A stretch of DNA of 62,374 nucleotides. Origin: Actinomycetes bacterium. GTDB lineage: Bacteria; Actinomycetota; Actinomycetes; S36-B12; UBA5976. Position numbers and translations under genes: made by a program. The DNA lies in assembly GCA_014190035.1 (NCBI GenBank), contig BJFU01000003.1:1-62374 (forward strand), read 5' to 3'. The notes beneath the pieces are model-generated. The model was given only the letters and a program-made list of their open reading frames with translations, made no database searches and was not told the origin of the DNA. Below, piece after piece: positions 1-10,270 of this stretch; positions within the stretch are counted from its first letter, which is position 1; the number at the start of each line of letters is the position of its first letter.

Positions 1-3000
1 GAACCAGGGTGGGTTTGTAAAACTGATTTGATTGAATCAACAACTGGTGGAGTGCAACTTGCCATCGGTAATCTCACCACCACAGGACCAGTTCTTGGTT
101 TATTGAGATCTGGCACAGAAAATTCCAAGGCCACAAGTTTAGGACTTTCTTCTTCACGTGCATCAATCTTTGCTTTAACAGCCAAAATTGCATCTTCATG
201 AATTAGTCCTGAAACATTGGCATAAGTCTGAGAAAACACCATTAGATCTACTGCTCCTGCTAAATCTTCTAAAGTAACAATGGCCCACGATGCACCTTGT
301 TTAGTTACTTTTCTTTGGATATTTGTAACTAAACCTGCAACAGTGACAATTTCGCCATCATTTTTATTGCCATGAGTAATATCTGCCATTGAAGTATCAG
401 AGAAACGATTGAGCAAATGTTCAATTCCAAGCAGTGGATGATCACTTACATAAAGTCCTAACATTTCTCTTTCAAAGTTCAACAAAATTGCCTTGTCCCA
501 TTCGCCATCTGGAATAGTTATTTCTGCTCCAGTAATGGAAACGGTTTCTCCAGCTCCTGCACCAAATAAGTCATATTGGCCAATTGATTCTGCTCTTTTT
601 GATTCACTGGCACTATCTACTGCTTCGATATGAACGCTTAATAAACCTTTTCGCGAATGATTCATGGAATCAAAAGCGCCTGCTTTAATCAGTGCTTCAA
701 TTACTCTTTTGCTACAAACTGCAGGATCAACTTTCTTTAAGAAATCAAAGAAGTCAGTAAATCTTTCATTCTTTTCTCTGGAGGTAATTAATGCTTCTAC
801 CACGTTTTCGCCCACATTTTTAATGGCAGATAAACCAAAGCGAATGTCATTTCCCACAGGTGCAAATTCACTTAAAGATTCGTTAACATCTGGTGGCAAC
901 ACTTTAATTCCCATGCGGCGGCATTCATTTAGATAAATTGCTAATTTGTCTCGATCATCTTTCACACTTGATAACAAAGCGGCCATGTATTCAGCTGGAA
1001 AATTAGCCTTTAAGTAAGCAGTCCAATATGAAACTAATCCATAGCCTGCGGTGTGAGCCCGGTTAAATGCATAATCAGAGAAAGGAACAAGTGTGTCCCA
1101 CAGTGTCTTAATTGCATCTTCACTGTATTTGTTTGCTCTCATTCCATCTCTAAATGGAACAAACTCTTGATCAAGAATCTCTTTCTTTTTCTTACCCATC
1201 GCTCTTCGTAACAAATCTGCTTTGCCCAGGGAATAACCTGCCACTTTTTGAGCAATAGCCATAACTTGTTCCTGATAAACAATTAATCCATAAGTATCAG
1301 ACAAGATTTCATCAAGTGGCTCAGCTAGTTCTTCATGTATTGGTTTAACAAGTGTTCGTTTATTTTTTCGATCGGCATAATCATTGTGGGCGTTTACTCC
1401 CATTGGACCTGGACGATAAAGAGCAAGGACAGCAGAAATATGTTCAAAATTATCAGGTTGCATGGAACGCAACAGCGCTCTCATGGGAGCACCGTCTAGT
1501 TGAAAGACTCCTAAGGTGTCTCCCCTACTTAGTAATTCATAAGTTGGTTTATCAGTTAGTTCTAATTCTTCTAAAGTAAATTCAACATTTTTATTTCGTT
1601 TGATATGTGCTAAACAATCATCTAAAACAGTTAAGTTTCTTAAGCCCAAAAAGTCCATCTTTAGTAGCCCTAAAGATTCGCAAGCTCCCATATCAAATTG
1701 AGTGATAATGGCACCATCTTGTTCGCGTTTCCAAAGTGGCACAACATCAATTAATGGTTCACGACACAAAATAACTCCAGCAGCATGAACTCCTGGTTGT
1801 CTTCTTAATCCTTCCAACCCACGAGCCGTGTCAACAATTCTTTGGGCATCAGGATCAGTTTTATAAAGACTTCTGAATTCATTTGCTTCTTTAAATCGAT
1901 CATCGGTTTTGTCAAAAATTGAAGCCAGTGACATATCTTTACCAACAACTGGTGGTGGAATTAATTTAGTAATTTTGTCAGATACTGCAAATGGATAACC
2001 CAAAACTCGAGCCGAGTCTTTAATTGCAGCTTTTGCTTTAATGGTTCCATAAGTAATGATCTGAGAGACGTGATCTGAACCATATTTAACAGTTGCATAG
2101 CGTATCATGTCGGCTCGTCTTTTTTCGTCAAAGTCAATATCAATATCGGGCAATGAGATACGTTCAGGATTTAAGAATCTTTCAAACAACAATCCGTGTT
2201 TCAATGGATCTAATTCAGTAATTCCAAGTGCGAAAGCAATAACTGATCCTCCGGCAGATCCTCGACCTGGGCCTACCCTGATTTTGTTTTCTTTGGCATA
2301 ACGAACAAGATCTGCTACTACTAGAAAATAACTTGGAAAACCCATTTGGTTAATTACATTTATTTCGTATTCTGCTTGCTTTAAATGAGTTTCAGGTATC
2401 TGGTTTTTAAATCTTTTAGCTAATCCAAGTTTTACTTCCTTTGCTAGCCAGGTTTCTTCAGTTTCACCCTGAGGAACTTCGAAACTAGGCATTAGGTTTG
2501 CACCTTCTGTGAATTTCACATCACAGCGCTCTGCAATTAATAATGTGTTATCGCATGCTTCTGGGTAATCTTTCCAAATTGCACGCATCTCAGCAGGAGA
2601 TTTCAAATAGAAATCTTGAGCATCAAATTTGAATCTGTTGGGATCACTCAACGTGGTTCTTGTTCCTACACAAAGCAGAACTTCATGAGATGCGGCATCT
2701 GCTGCATAGGTGTAGTGAAGATCATTTGTTGCAACTAGTGGGATGTTTAGATCTTTTGCAATCTTTAGTAAAGCTGGTCTGGTTCTTTTTTCAATCTCTA
2801 AACCATGATCCATAAGTTCACAAAAATAGTTTTCTTTACCAAATACTTCTTGCATGGAGGCAGCAACTTCACGAGCTTTCTTTTCATCTCCTGCTTGTAG
2901 CCAGCGATTTACTTCTCCTGAAGGGCACCCTGTTGTTCCAATTAGTCCTTTGCCATATTTTTCGAATAATTCATAATCAAATCTTGGTTTGTAGTAATAG

Positions 3001-3392
3001 CCTTCAATACTGGAAAGTGAAGAAATTCTAAATAAGTTATGCATTGCTTCTGTGGTTGTGGCCCACATAGTGATGTGAGTGTAAGGAGATTTACCTCTTC
3101 CAAATTCTTGATCTTCACTCTTTGAACTTCCACCAAAATCCAACATCTCACGAGACTTTCGACCATTAGGTGCGTAATAACCTTCAATACCAATAATTGG
3201 TTTTACACCTTGTTCTTTTGCGTTCTTATAAAAATCAAATGCGCCATAAAGATTTCCATGATCTGTGATTGCAATTGCAGGCATACCTAATCTTTTTGTT
3301 TCTGTCATTAGTGGATTTAAACGAGCAGCTCCATCAAGCATTGAATATTCAGTGTGAACATGAAGGTGAACAAACGAGTCGCGATCGGACAT
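1..3392 (-). CDS. dnaE: DNA polymerase III alpha subunit (replicative DnaE1), 3' end runs off the window
   Basis: Not in the ORF track because it is truncated. Manual translation from ATG at 3392 gives MSDRDSFVHLHVHTEYSMLDGAAR (PHP start), then GPGRGSAGGS, PDIDIDFD, KMDFLGL and YAFNRAH motifs. GAAAGGA RBS upstream. Confidence 0.97.
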   Translation of the reverse strand, partial: MSDRDSFVHLHVHTEYSMLDGAARLNPLMTETKRLGMPAIAITDHGNLYGAFDFYKNAKEQGVKPIIGIEGYYAPNGRKSREMLDFGGSSKSEDQEFGRGKSPYTHITMWATTTEAMHNLFRISSLSSIEGYYYKPRFDYELFEKYGKGLIGTTGCPSGEVNRWLQAGDEKKAREVAASMQEVFGKENYFCELMDHGLEIEKRTRPALLKIAKDLNIPLVATNDLHYTYAADAASHEVLLCVGTRTTLSDPNRFKFDAQDFYLKSPAEMRAIWKDYPEACDNTLLIAERCDVKFTEGANLMPSFEVPQGETEETWLAKEVKLGLAKRFKNQIPETHLKQAEYEINVINQMGFPSYFLVVADLVRYAKENKIRVGPGRGSAGGSVIAFALGITELDPLKHGLLFERFLNPERISLPDIDIDFDEKRRADMIRYATVKYGSDHVSQIITYGTIKAKAAIKDSARVLGYPFAVSDKITKLIPPPVVGKDMSLASIFDKTDDRFKEANEFRSLYKTDPDAQRIVDTARGLEGLRRQPGVHAAGVILCREPLIDVVPLWKREQDGAIITQFDMGACESLGLLKMDFLGLRNLTVLDDCLAHIKRNKNVEFTLEELELTDKPTYELLSRGDTLGVFQLDGAPMRALLRSMQPDNFEHISAVLALYRPGPMGVNAHNDYADRKNKRTLVKPIHEELAEPLDEILSDTYGLIVYQEQVMAIAQKVAGYSLGKADLLRRAMGKKKKEILDQEFVPFRDGMRANKYSEDAIKTLWDTLVPFSDYAFNRAHTAGYGLVSYWTAYLKANFPAEYMAALLSSVKDDRDKLAIYLNECRRMGIKVLPPDVNESLSEFAPVGNDIRFGLSAIKNVGENVVEALITSREKNERFTDFFDFLKKVDPAVCSKRVIEALIKAGAFDSMNHSRKGLLSVHIEAVDSASESKRAESIGQYDLFGAGAGETVSITGAEITIPDGEWDKAILLNFEREMLGLYVSDHPLLGIEHLLNRFSDTSMADITHGNKNDGEIVTVAGLVTNIQRKVTKQGASWAIVTLEDLAGAVDLMVFSQTYANVSGLIHEDAILAVKAKIDAREEESPKLVALEFSVPDLNKPRTGPVVVRLPMASCTPPVVDSIKSVLQTHPG

Positions 3393-3420
3393 GACTAACT
3401 AAAGGTCCTTTCGACTTTGG

Positions 3421-3444
3421 AATACAAAGGGGAAGATTTGTATT
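3421..3444 (-). promoter_or_regulatory. Hairpin in dnaE 5' leader, 8-bp stem with UCUUCCCC loop
   Basis: mRNA reads AAUACAAA-UCUUCCCC-UUUGUAUU, a perfect inverted repeat. Confidence 0.6.
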
Positions 3445-3447
3445 ACT

Positions 3448-3470
3448 AATTTATGACTAACTGCTGACAA
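3448..3470 (-). promoter_or_regulatory. RecA-NDp/PafBC-type DNA-damage promoter upstream of dnaE
   Basis: Minus strand TTGTCAG-N10-TAAATT matches the actinobacterial TGTC(A/G)G-N10-TANNNT consensus. Confidence 0.55.
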
Positions 3471-3472
3471 TT

Positions 3473-4396
3473 TTACTGATAAGCCTCGGCGATGCGAGTA
3501 AGACTTAACTTGAGGTCTTGAGGATAAGCGGAGTTAAATGTCACATCTTGACCTGTCTTTGGGTGACGAAATGTTAACTGTGTGGCGTGTAACCACTGGC
3601 GGTGCAATTCGAGTTTGCCAGCCAACTTGGGATCTGCTCCATACATCGAATCTCCAACGCAAGGATGCTTGATTGCTGCCATGTGAACTCTAATTTGGTG
3701 GGTTCGTCCAGTTTCCAATTCAATCTTTAAAAGTGATGCTCCAGCAAAAGCTTCAATGGTTTCATAATGAGTAACACTGTCTTTACCACCATTTACTACT
3801 GCGTATTTGTAATTTTCTTGTGGATGTCTATCAATTGGTGCATCAATTGTTCCTTTAGAAGGATCGGGATGACCTTGCACTAATGCGTGATAAATCTTTT
3901 TCACAGTTCTATCTCTAAATTGATCTTTTAAACTTTCATAAGCTAGTTCACTTTTTGCTACCACCATCACACCACTTGTGCCAACATCTAAGCGATGCAC
4001 AATGCCTTGTCTTTCTGGTGCACCACTTGTTGAAATTCGATGTCCTAAAGCTGCAATTGATGCGGTAACTGTCGGACCTTCCCAACCAGGACTTGCATGA
4101 ACTGCAACTCCTACTGGTTTATCAATGACTACAACATCTTCATCGGCAAAAAGTATAGGAATTTTTGTAACTTGATCTGCAGGATTAATGGCAGCTTTGA
4201 TAATTGGGTTATAAACAACTTTGTCTCCTGTGGCGACCCTGTGAGATTTTAAAGCTAATTTGTCATTTACTAAAACTGAACCTGCATCAATATCGGATGC
4301 AACTTTGGTGCGAGATATTTCAAAAGTTACTGAAAGTAGTGCATCAAGTCTTGAACCATCTTGAGCTTCATCTACTACTAGAGAATATTCACTCAT
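3473..4396 (-). CDS. rluD: RluA/RluD family 23S rRNA pseudouridine synthase
   Basis: N-terminal S4 domain, GIVHRLD catalytic motif, TGRTHQIRVH; canonical position after lspA. Confidence 0.93.
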   Translation of the reverse strand: MSEYSLVVDEAQDGSRLDALLSVTFEISRTKVASDIDAGSVLVNDKLALKSHRVATGDKVVYNPIIKAAINPADQVTKIPILFADEDVVVIDKPVGVAVHASPGWEGPTVTASIAALGHRISTSGAPERQGIVHRLDVGTSGVMVVAKSELAYESLKDQFRDRTVKKIYHALVQGHPDPSKGTIDAPIDRHPQENYKYAVVNGGKDSVTHYETIEAFAGASLLKIELETGRTHQIRVHMAAIKHPCVGDSMYGADPKLAGKLELHRQWLHATQLTFRHPKTGQDVTFNSAYPQDLKLSLTRIAEAYQ

Positions 4397-4911
4397 TATT
4401 TTTCACTCTTAAGATATGGATCTTTACCAAACAAAGCCATCGCAGCAATTACTACTGCTGAAATACTTACACCCATATCGGCAATATTAAAGACGGCCCA
4501 ATAGGGAATCTGAATGAAATCAACAACGGCTCCTCTAAAAACTCCAGGGGATCTAAATAAGCGATCAATCAAATTTCCAATCGCTCCGCCCAGCATTGCC
4601 CCTAAACATATGGCCCAACTCAATCTGACAACTTTTTTACCTGTTCTATATATATAGAAGGCAATAACGAAAGCCAAGATCGTAAATACCCAGGTAGTGC
4701 TACTTCCCAAGCTAAATGCTGCACCTGGATTTCGAAAGAATGTAAATTGCAACAAGGGACCTGCATTTTCCCCAAATATTGCTGGAATCAAGACAATGTT
4801 GGGACGATTTTCCAGATATCGCACAGCCAATACTTTGGTTATTAAATCAAGAACGATTACGCCTATGGCAATCTTCAGCATTAATTCTTGTAAATGTGTG
4901 CGACTCTTCAC
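4396..4911 (-). CDS. lspA: Lipoprotein signal peptidase II
   Basis: RNPGAAFS, GGAIGNLIDR, VVDFI and FNIAD motifs. Confidence 0.96.
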   Translation of the reverse strand: MKSRTHLQELMLKIAIGVIVLDLITKVLAVRYLENRPNIVLIPAIFGENAGPLLQFTFFRNPGAAFSLGSSTTWVFTILAFVIAFYIYRTGKKVVRLSWAICLGAMLGGAIGNLIDRLFRSPGVFRGAVVDFIQIPYWAVFNIADMGVSISAVVIAAMALFGKDPYLKSEK

Positions 4912-5007
4912 CTAGTGAACACTACGCTCCTGAGGGTTCTCATAAACTACGAGAGTCGTGTTTTTTTCTTATTTAACCTTGAACAAAGTTAGGAAGGTGT
5001 TCTAATC

Positions 5008-8000
5008 GTGTATCGCGAGGTACCCAATCGAATCAACCTTCCTGAAATGGAACATGAAGTATTAGGAATGTGGGAAAAGGAAGAAATTTTCCACAAATCC
5101 TTAAACCAAAGAGATCCAAAAAAATCGTGGGTCTTCTACGAAGGTCCTCCAACAGCTAATGGCAAACCAGGTGCGCATCACGTTGAAGCAAGAGTTTTCA
5201 AAGACGTATTTCCAAGATTTAAAGCGATGCAAGGTTATTACGTTCCTCGTTATGCAGGTTGGGATTGTCACGGATTACCAGTTGAATTAGCGGTTGAAAA
5301 AGAATTAGGTTTCACCGGGAAAAACGATATTGAAAAATATGGCGTTGCTGAGTTCAACGCAAAATGTCGTGAATCTGTTTTAAGAAACGTAAGTGACTTC
5401 ACCACCATGACTTCTCGCATGGGTTATTGGGTTGATTTTGACAAAGCCTATTGGACTATGAATCCAAGTTATGTGGAATCTGTTTGGTGGTCTTTAAAGG
5501 AAATTCACAAAAAAGGTTTATTGGTATCTGACTATCGAGTAAGCCCATATTGCCCAAGATGTGGCACGGGTTTATCAGATCATGAATTAGCTCTTGGTTA
5601 TGAAACCATAACTGATCAATCTATCTATATTAAGTTTCCTGTTCTTGATGGTCAATTAGCAAAGAAATACAAAAATCTTTCCCTTTTGGTTTGGACTACC
5701 ACTCCTTGGACCACCATCAGTAACACTGCAGCTGCGGTGGGTCCAAAAATTGACTACTTAATTGCCCAAGTTGAGGATGAACACTTTGTAATCGCCAAAG
5801 AATTAGTTGCACTATTAGGTGAAGAAGTATCAATAAAAGAAACAATTAAAGGCAAAGACTTAGAAGGAATTCACTACCAACCACCATTTGGTAAAACACT
5901 TTTCGAAGATGATGCACCAGCAGCACTTCATAGTGTGGTTTTGGCAGATTATGTAACAACAGAAGATGGCACAGGAATTGTTCATCAATCCCCTGCCTTT
6001 GGTGCCGAAGACTTAGTGGTTTGTAGAAAATATGGTTTACCTGTGGTAAACCCAGTGCAAGCAGATGGTCACTTTGCACCACATACCCCTCTTGTTGCTG
6101 GACAATTCTTTAAGAAAGCTGACAAAGATATTGTTAAAGATTTAAAGAAACGTGAAATTCTATTTAAAGAACTAGCTTACGAACATCAATATCCTCATTG
6201 CTGGCGTTGTCACACTCCATTGATGTATTACGCCCAACCTTCTTGGTACATCAGAACAACTCAAATTAAAGATGCGCTATTGCGAGAAAATGAAAAGACT
6301 AATTGGTTTCCTAACACCATCAAGCATGGTCGATATGGCGATTGGCTAAACAACAACATTGATTGGGCTTTATCAAGAAACAGATATTGGGGCACTCCCC
6401 TTCCTATTTGGATTTGTGAAGACAAACATCAAACAGCAGTTGGATCCCTAAAAGAATTAAGTGAATTATCAGGCAAAGATGTCACTAACACTGATCCTCA
6501 TCGTCCCTTTGTTGATGACATCACAATTTCTTGTCCAGAATGTAAAAAAACTGCCACAAGAGTCCTAGAAGTAATTGATTGTTGGTATGACTCAGGTGCA
6601 ATGCCTTTTGCCCAACTAAGTTATCCGCAACAAAACCAAGACTTATTCAAAACTAGTTATCCAGCTGATTTCATTTGCGAAGCAATTGATCAAACCCGTG
6701 GATGGTTCTACACGTTAATGGCTATTGGAACTTTAGTTTTTGATCAAAGTTCTTATAAAAATGTTGTCACACTTGGTCACATCTTGGATGAAAAAGGTCG
6801 CAAGATGAGTAAACATTTAGGAAATGTTTTAGAACCAATTGCGTTAATGGATGAACACGGTGCAGATTCTGTGCGCTGGTTCATGTTGGCATCAGGTTCT
6901 CCTTGGCAAGCACGCAGAGTTGGTCATGCTGCAATCCAAGAAGTAACGAGAAAAGTTTTGTTGACCTATTGGAATACCGCATCATTTCTTTCTCTTTACA
7001 CCCGTTTATCAACATACAAACCAGGTGACAAAGTAATTACTAGAAAAGAACGACCAGAAATTGATCAATGGTTACTTAGTTTGGTTGATGATGCAGTTTT
7101 GCAAGTAACTAGTGCCTTAGAAAACTTTGATACCCAAAAAGCAGGACGAGTTCTTGCTGATGTTGTTGATGATATGTCTAATTGGTATGTCAGAAGAAAT
7201 AGAAGAAGATTCTGGGATGGCGATCCTGTAGCACTTGCAACTTTGCATGAAGCTTTAAGAACAATCACTTTAATCATGTCTCCATTTGTGCCATTTATAA
7301 CTGAGCGTGTGTGGCAAGACATGTTTAGAACAACCACTGATGCTTCTTTGCAATCTGTTCATTTAGGCAATTGGCCAGGGGTTAATAAGTCAGAAATAAG
7401 AACAGACTTAATTGAAAACATGGGACTAATCAGACGACTAGTAGAACTTGGTCGTGGTGCTCGTGCCGAAGGAAAAGTAAAGAACCGTCAACCACTTTCT
7501 AGAGCATTAGTTTCAGCCAAGAACTGGGACAAAGTTCCTCAAGATTTAAGAGACCAATTAGCAGAAGAATTAAACATTCTTGATTTGCAATCATTGAGTG
7601 AGACCGGTGACTTAGTAAATGTTGCTGTGAAAGCAAACTTTAGAACCCTTGGGGCTCGTTACGCCAAGGAAACACAATTAATCGCCAAAGAAATCTCAAA
7701 CTCAGATGCAGCAGCATTGGTTCAAGAGTTAAGAAAAACTAACAAATCATTGATCAAAGTTGATGGTCAAGAATTTGAAATCACTGCTGAAGATGTGATC
7801 ATCACCGAAACTCCACGTGAAGGCTGGTCTGTGATGAGCCAAGATGGTGAAACCATTGCCCTTGATTTGGAGATCTCAGCTGAATTAAGAAGTCTGGGAA
7901 TTTCACGTGAAGTAATCAGAATGATTCAAGAAGCCCGAAAGAATTCTGGTTTTGAAGTATCAGATCGAATCAATTTGAAATATCACTCCACAGATGATCA

Positions 8001-8142
8001 AGTTAAGGCATCAATACTTGCTAACTTAGAAGTAATTAAGAGTGAAGTTCTAGCACTTGAATTTGTTGAGGCAAAAGGATCTGCTGAGCCTACGACTGTT
8101 GATGAAGAGCTAAACGTTCAAATCTGGATTGAAAAAGTCTAA
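5008..8142 (+). CDS. ileS: Isoleucine-tRNA ligase, type 2 (IleRS2) with GAHH signature
   Basis: FYEGPPTANG, GWDCHGLP, WTTTPWT, DQTRGWF, KMSKH; long IleRS2-type C-terminus. Confidence 0.97.
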   Translation: MYREVPNRINLPEMEHEVLGMWEKEEIFHKSLNQRDPKKSWVFYEGPPTANGKPGAHHVEARVFKDVFPRFKAMQGYYVPRYAGWDCHGLPVELAVEKELGFTGKNDIEKYGVAEFNAKCRESVLRNVSDFTTMTSRMGYWVDFDKAYWTMNPSYVESVWWSLKEIHKKGLLVSDYRVSPYCPRCGTGLSDHELALGYETITDQSIYIKFPVLDGQLAKKYKNLSLLVWTTTPWTTISNTAAAVGPKIDYLIAQVEDEHFVIAKELVALLGEEVSIKETIKGKDLEGIHYQPPFGKTLFEDDAPAALHSVVLADYVTTEDGTGIVHQSPAFGAEDLVVCRKYGLPVVNPVQADGHFAPHTPLVAGQFFKKADKDIVKDLKKREILFKELAYEHQYPHCWRCHTPLMYYAQPSWYIRTTQIKDALLRENEKTNWFPNTIKHGRYGDWLNNNIDWALSRNRYWGTPLPIWICEDKHQTAVGSLKELSELSGKDVTNTDPHRPFVDDITISCPECKKTATRVLEVIDCWYDSGAMPFAQLSYPQQNQDLFKTSYPADFICEAIDQTRGWFYTLMAIGTLVFDQSSYKNVVTLGHILDEKGRKMSKHLGNVLEPIALMDEHGADSVRWFMLASGSPWQARRVGHAAIQEVTRKVLLTYWNTASFLSLYTRLSTYKPGDKVITRKERPEIDQWLLSLVDDAVLQVTSALENFDTQKAGRVLADVVDDMSNWYVRRNRRRFWDGDPVALATLHEALRTITLIMSPFVPFITERVWQDMFRTTTDASLQSVHLGNWPGVNKSEIRTDLIENMGLIRRLVELGRGARAEGKVKNRQPLSRALVSAKNWDKVPQDLRDQLAEELNILDLQSLSETGDLVNVAVKANFRTLGARYAKETQLIAKEISNSDAAALVQELRKTNKSLIKVDGQEFEITAEDVIITETPREGWSVMSQDGETIALDLEISAELRSLGISREVIRMIQEARKNSGFEVSDRINLKYHSTDDQVKASILANLEVIKSEVLALEFVEAKGSAEPTTVDEELNVQIWIEKV

Positions 8143-8146
8143 ATCT

Positions 8147-8632
8147 TTATTGGTTTTCTGGAGCACTAGTAATTACATTGACTGGTTCAGTGTTTTCAAT
8201 TGAATCATTTAATTGCGCACCCAAATCAGTAAGCATTCCTGATAACCAATTTCTGAGCCTGTTGCGGTAATCAATTTCAATTGCTTCAAGTCTTTTTATT
8301 TGGGCTTCGATTTGAGCTTTTTCTGATTCAACACTGGAAGAAATAGAAGCAGCCCTTGCTCTTGCTTCTCTAACTAATCTTTCTGCTTCATTGGTTGCAG
8401 CAGTTAAGGCTTGTTGAGCAAGAGTTAAGACTTCAACTGGAGATTTAGTATCAACACTTTGTGAACTGGAAAGTGAAGTTCCTCTGTGTGCCATTTCGAG
8501 TTCATTTTGCAAACTTGCAATTTCATCAGCAACTTTTTCTAAAAATTCATCAACTTGGCTTACGTCATAACCCATACGCATGCGGGTGGTGTCAAAGACG
8601 ACGTTGGCAACATCTTCAGGTGTTAATGCCAT
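8147..8632 (-). CDS. divIVA: DivIVA/Wag31 polar growth protein (short form)
   Basis: MALTPEDV...F...GYD...VDEFL N-terminal domain followed by coiled coil; position after yggT. Confidence 0.9.
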   Translation of the reverse strand: MALTPEDVANVVFDTTRMRMGYDVSQVDEFLEKVADEIASLQNELEMAHRGTSLSSSQSVDTKSPVEVLTLAQQALTAATNEAERLVREARARAASISSSVESEKAQIEAQIKRLEAIEIDYRNRLRNWLSGMLTDLGAQLNDSIENTEPVNVITSAPENQ

Positions 8633-8695
8633 TTATCCACTCCAAGAGTCAATTTACAAAGATTAATCTACCCTGCTAATGCTCGAAACTGGTAA

Positions 8696-8971
8696 TTAGA
8701 GGGAGGAAAATATACCTATGGCTATTTGAATCAGGATAATCACAACTAAGAAAGACATATCCAGGGAAACCGAACCGATTCTTAAGGGCGGGATAAATCG
8801 TCTGAAGAAATTCAATGGTGGGTCAGTCAGGGAATAAATGGTTTCAACTAACAACAAGAGAAATCCTGTTGGTTGCCAAGAACGGGCGAACATCTGCACA
8901 TAATCAAAAACCAAACGACCGATCATGACTAACAGATATAACTGAAGTAACTGCGCAATTATTGAACCCAT
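8696..8971 (-). CDS. yggT: YggT/YlmG family membrane protein
   Basis: TDPPL..FRRFIPPLRIG..SLD motif; position after sepF. Confidence 0.9.
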   Translation of the reverse strand: MGSIIAQLLQLYLLVMIGRLVFDYVQMFARSWQPTGFLLLLVETIYSLTDPPLNFFRRFIPPLRIGSVSLDMSFLVVIILIQIAIGIFSSL

Positions 8972-8987
8972 AGAGATTTAGTTTAAA

Positions 8988-9488
8988 TTAAACTTGATTA
9001 AAAAAGCCATCTTGCGCGACTTGTTGGCGAGCTTCTGCCCCAAGATCAACGTTGGCTGGTGATATCAAGAAAACTGAATTGGTAACTCTTTCAATAGTTC
9101 CTCTGAGAGCAAAAGCTAAACCTGAAGCAAAATCAAGAATTCTCTTTTGGTCACTTGGATCCATTTCAGACAAGTTAATAATTACTGGTGTTCCATCACG
9201 GTATTCTTCACCAATTCTTCGAGCATCATTGAATGCTCTTGGGTGAAGGGTGGTGATTCGAGAAACTGGTTCTGCGATAACTGGTTTTATTTGTGGTGTC
9301 ATTCTTACTTCTGGTCTTTCAGCTAATGCTGTAGATCCATTTGTGGAGAAAGCTCTAGGAGTTGGTGACCAGCGAGGAGTTGCTGGGACTTCTTCTTCGT
9401 AAAATTCTTCAATTTCTTCATCTAAATAATTTTGATTATCTTCAACTAAACCTAAATAGACAGCCATTTTGCGAAAGCCTTTTGGCAT
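8988..9488 (-). CDS. sepF: Cell division protein SepF
   Basis: MAVYLGLVE N-terminus; ITTLHPR...IGE..R.GTPVIINL; KRILDFASGL. Confidence 0.95.
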   Translation of the reverse strand: MPKGFRKMAVYLGLVEDNQNYLDEEIEEFYEEEVPATPRWSPTPRAFSTNGSTALAERPEVRMTPQIKPVIAEPVSRITTLHPRAFNDARRIGEEYRDGTPVIINLSEMDPSDQKRILDFASGLAFALRGTIERVTNSVFLISPANVDLGAEARQQVAQDGFFNQV

Positions 9489-9568
9489 ATCTTCCTCCTG
9501 GTTACATACGTGTGTGTCACTTGCGAACTCTTAAGTTGCAGTAGTTACGCCTGTGACTAAAGACAAAG

Positions 9569-10270
9569 TTACCCGATTTTTGGTCTTTCCCCGAGTAAGG
9601 AAGACCCAATTCGAAGGTGTGTCGCACCATGCAAAATGGCTGCTTCTAAATCATCACTCATCCCAGCCGACAAAATCTGGGCTTGAGGATGTTCTTCCAA
9701 GAAACTAGCTCTGAGGTCTTTCAATCTGGCAAAAGCAAGTTCAGGCTTTTCGCCCAAAGGTGCCACACTCATCAAACCCTTTAATTCCAGATGACTTGCC
9801 TGGCTAATAGATGCAGCTAATTCACTTAATTCCGCCGGCCAAATCCCACCTCTGGTTGGATCTGGTCCAGATTGGTCAAGATCAACTTGAATCAAAACCG
9901 GTTGAACTTTGTTTATCCCTTGAGCACTCTTTTGTATTTCTTTAGCTAAAGACCAGCGATCAACAGAATGAATTAGATCCGCATAATTAACTACTGATTT
10001 TGCTTTGTTGGATTGCAATTGACCGATGAAATGCCATTTGAATTCATTTTTTACTTCAGCTTTCTTGGAAGAGGCCTCTTGATCTCTATTTTCTCCCACA
10101 TTTTCAATTCCTAATTGTTTTAGCAAATCAACATCACTTGCCGGGTAGGTCTTGGTCACGGCAATCAGAGTGATTTCAGAAATATCTCTTCCCGCTGCAC
10201 TACAGGCATTTTTTATCCGGGTTTGAATAATTCCTAGATTGCTTTGGATTTCACTTAAGCGATTACTCAT
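9569..10270 (-). CDS. yggS: YggS family pyridoxal phosphate homeostasis protein
   Basis: IAVTKT, GENRDQE, WHFIGQLQSNK, SAGMSDD motifs. Confidence 0.95.
   Translation of the reverse strand: MSNRLSEIQSNLGIIQTRIKNACSAAGRDISEITLIAVTKTYPASDVDLLKQLGIENVGENRDQEASSKKAEVKNEFKWHFIGQLQSNKAKSVVNYADLIHSVDRWSLAKEIQKSAQGINKVQPVLIQVDLDQSGPDPTRGGIWPAELSELAASISQASHLELKGLMSVAPLGEKPELAFARLKDLRASFLEEHPQAQILSAGMSDDLEAAILHGATHLRIGSSLLGERPKIG

Noticed and set aside
664-3193. Short ORFs in the track at 664-936, 1352-1579, 2107-2301 and 2942-3193
   Set aside because: All are antisense or off-frame shadows of the truncated dnaE gene.
1-3392. Possible intein in dnaE or dnaE2
   Set aside because: Motif spacing and lengths fit uninterrupted alpha subunits; no intein or homing-endonuclease motifs were seen.
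4912-5007. Possible T-box riboswitch upstream of ileS
   Set aside because: Only 96 bp shared with divergent lspA, and no T-box (UGGNACC) antiterminator sequence is visible.
9500-9560. GTTAC/GTCAC/GACAC elements upstream of sepF (MtrA- or WhiA-like sites)
   Set aside because: The motifs are too short and the spacing is non-canonical, so they cannot be distinguished from chance by eye.
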